Assembly (NCBI GenBank): GCA_045660185.1
Contig: JAZRDI010000101.1
Span: 17,723-81,722 of the forward strand
Length of the DNA stretch: 64,000 nt
Direction: 5' to 3'
Origin: Eubacteriales bacterium
GTDB lineage: Bacteria > Bacillota > Clostridia > Oscillospirales > CAG-272
Within the stretch, counting starts at the first letter, position 1. Each line of letters opens with the position of its first letter. The position numbers and the translations under genes are program-made. Shown piece after piece: positions 63,170-64,000 of this stretch. The notes beneath the pieces were generated by a model, which did not search any database, had not been told where the DNA came from, and saw only the letters and a program-made list of their open reading frames with translations.

Positions 63170-63236
63170 TTTTATCACCTCCATACAATAAACGAAAATA
63201 CGAAACTTTAAACTACGTTTAAAATACCTCATAATC

Positions 63237-63265
63237 ATTATAACACAAACGTAAATTTGAGTCAA
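63237..63265 (-). promoter_or_regulatory. sigma-A-type promoter upstream of the paralog array
   Basis: On the minus strand: TTGACT (63265-63260), 17-nt spacer, TATAAT (63242-63237). No comparable promoter or terminator is visible in the inter-copy spacers. Confidence 0.55.
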
Positions 63266-63410
63266 TCGAAAAGCTGGTAACTCATTAAAAAACAGCAAAA
63301 CAAACAAAAAACAATAGAGTAATTTGTGTATAAACGAGATGATAACTGTAGTTTTTGTTTCTGTGATTATTAACAAATTGTAAATTTTATCAAAAACTTA
63401 AAAGTTTCTA

Positions 63411-63439
63411 TTGACCTTGCGCGTGTAATATGATAATAT
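63411..63439 (+). promoter_or_regulatory. candidate promoter for rpsB
   Basis: TTGACC (63411-63416), 17-nt spacer, TGaTAATAT (63431-63439). A ~130-nt leader follows. Confidence 0.45.
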
Positions 63440-63576
63440 AATAGGGCTGTTTTGGGAATGGGTATCCGAAAACGGCGAAAAACACACACAGCGGGGCGAA
63501 ATATTGCCGGTGCTTGGGTTGTCCCGAGTCGCAGTATTGACCGACTGTGGAGGAAAAAACCAAGGAGGAACATAAA

Positions 63577-64000
63577 ATGTTCGAAATTTCAATCAAGCAG
63601 TTGCTTGAAGCAGGCGTTCACTTCGGCCACCCTACAAAGAAGTGGAATCCCAAGATGGCAGAGTACATCTTCACTCAGAGAAACGGTATTCACATCGTTG
63701 ATCTCCAGAAGTCCCTCAAGAAGTTCGAGGAGGCTTACAACTACGTTTCCGAGCTCGCTCAGGAAGGCGGCACAATTCTCTTCGTTGGTACCAAGAAGCA
63801 GGCTGCTGACACCATGAAGGAAGAAGCACAGAGATGTGGTCTTTACTATGTAAACGCTCGTTGGCCCGGCGGTATGCTTACCAACTTCAACACTATCCGT
63901 AAGTCCATCAAGCGTCTTAAGGACCTTGAGAAGATGCAGGCAGACGGAACCTTCGATCTTCTTCCCAAGAAGGAAGTTGCTAAGAAGGTAAAGGAAATGG
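63577..64000 (+). CDS. rpsB: 30S ribosomal protein S2 (5' partial, runs off the window)
   Basis: The ATG at 63577 follows [34 protein letters not shown] is the S2 N-terminus. It is absent from the ORF track because there is no stop within the window. Confidence 0.95.
   Translation, partial: MFEISIKQLLEAGVHFGHPTKKWNPKMAEYIFTQRNGIHIVDLQKSLKKFEEAYNYVSELAQEGGTILFVGTKKQAADTMKEEAQRCGLYYVNARWPGGMLTNFNTIRKSIKRLKDLEKMQADGTFDLLPKKEVAKKVKEM

Larger units (their letters stand above)
60045..63200. repeat. Tandem array of four ~782-786-bp units (lipoprotein gene plus conserved spacer)
   Basis: The spacer AATAATACCGCAAAGTAACCGTTTAACTGTT..GAGTGAGTTTGCTTTATGAGTTAATTTGATGCG.AAAAA.TACGTCTATTTA recurs at about 60054, 60838, 61618 and 62403. 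Gene stops are spaced 782, 783 and 786 nt apart. Confidence 0.9.

Noticed and set aside
60045-63200. Tandem repeats as a CRISPR array. I asked the same question for 18968-19272.
   Set aside because: The 782-786-bp units are protein-coding. The gap-downstream units are ~95-110 nt with no unique spacers between them. No cas genes are in the window.

Overview
This 64-kb chromosomal window comes from a Gram-positive, Clostridia-like anaerobe. It has GGAGG-type ribosome-binding sites and TTGACA/TATAAT promoters. Spot counts on individual 60-nt lines give 23-53% G+C.

Left third: a complete, translationally coupled histidine operon (hisZ-G-D-C-B-H-A-F-IE), then housekeeping and carbohydrate genes. 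These are an Fe-ADH/G1P-dehydrogenase-like enzyme, a MATE pump, a GH36 alpha-galactosidase, an orphan MsmX-type sugar ABC ATPase, a GDPD, RNase P RNA on the minus strand (the ORF track miscalls it as two ORFs), a TagA-like glycosyltransferase and gap.

Middle: a GH2 beta-mannosidase-like protein with apparently degenerate catalytic motifs. Next is uxuA followed by two lipoproteins, one of them 919 aa with about 13% Cys. Then come a ~10-kb minus-strand Wzx/Wzy polysaccharide locus with an AT-rich core, a mazG-like gene, traX, a sialate-O-acetylesterase-like gene, rsuA and tex.

Right third holds the most notable region, an ~11-kb single-strand locus (45.4-56.4 kb) arranged like an expanded tapA-sipW-tasA system. 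It has two SipW-type signal peptidases and five cargo proteins. Three of the cargo proteins carry paralogous TasA-like modules, and two are large (630 aa and 1212 aa, the latter solenoid-like). Four of the five (all but the 287-aa bitopic protein) share a variant A-[KR]-Y signal-peptide junction. After it come ppiB, a ytvI-like gene, rpmB, a four-copy tandem array of mosaic lipoprotein paralogs, and the 5' part of rpsB.

A family of ~90-110-nt palindromic intergenic repeats occurs after hisZ and after gap. I saw no rRNA, tRNA, CRISPR, transposase, integrase or phage genes.
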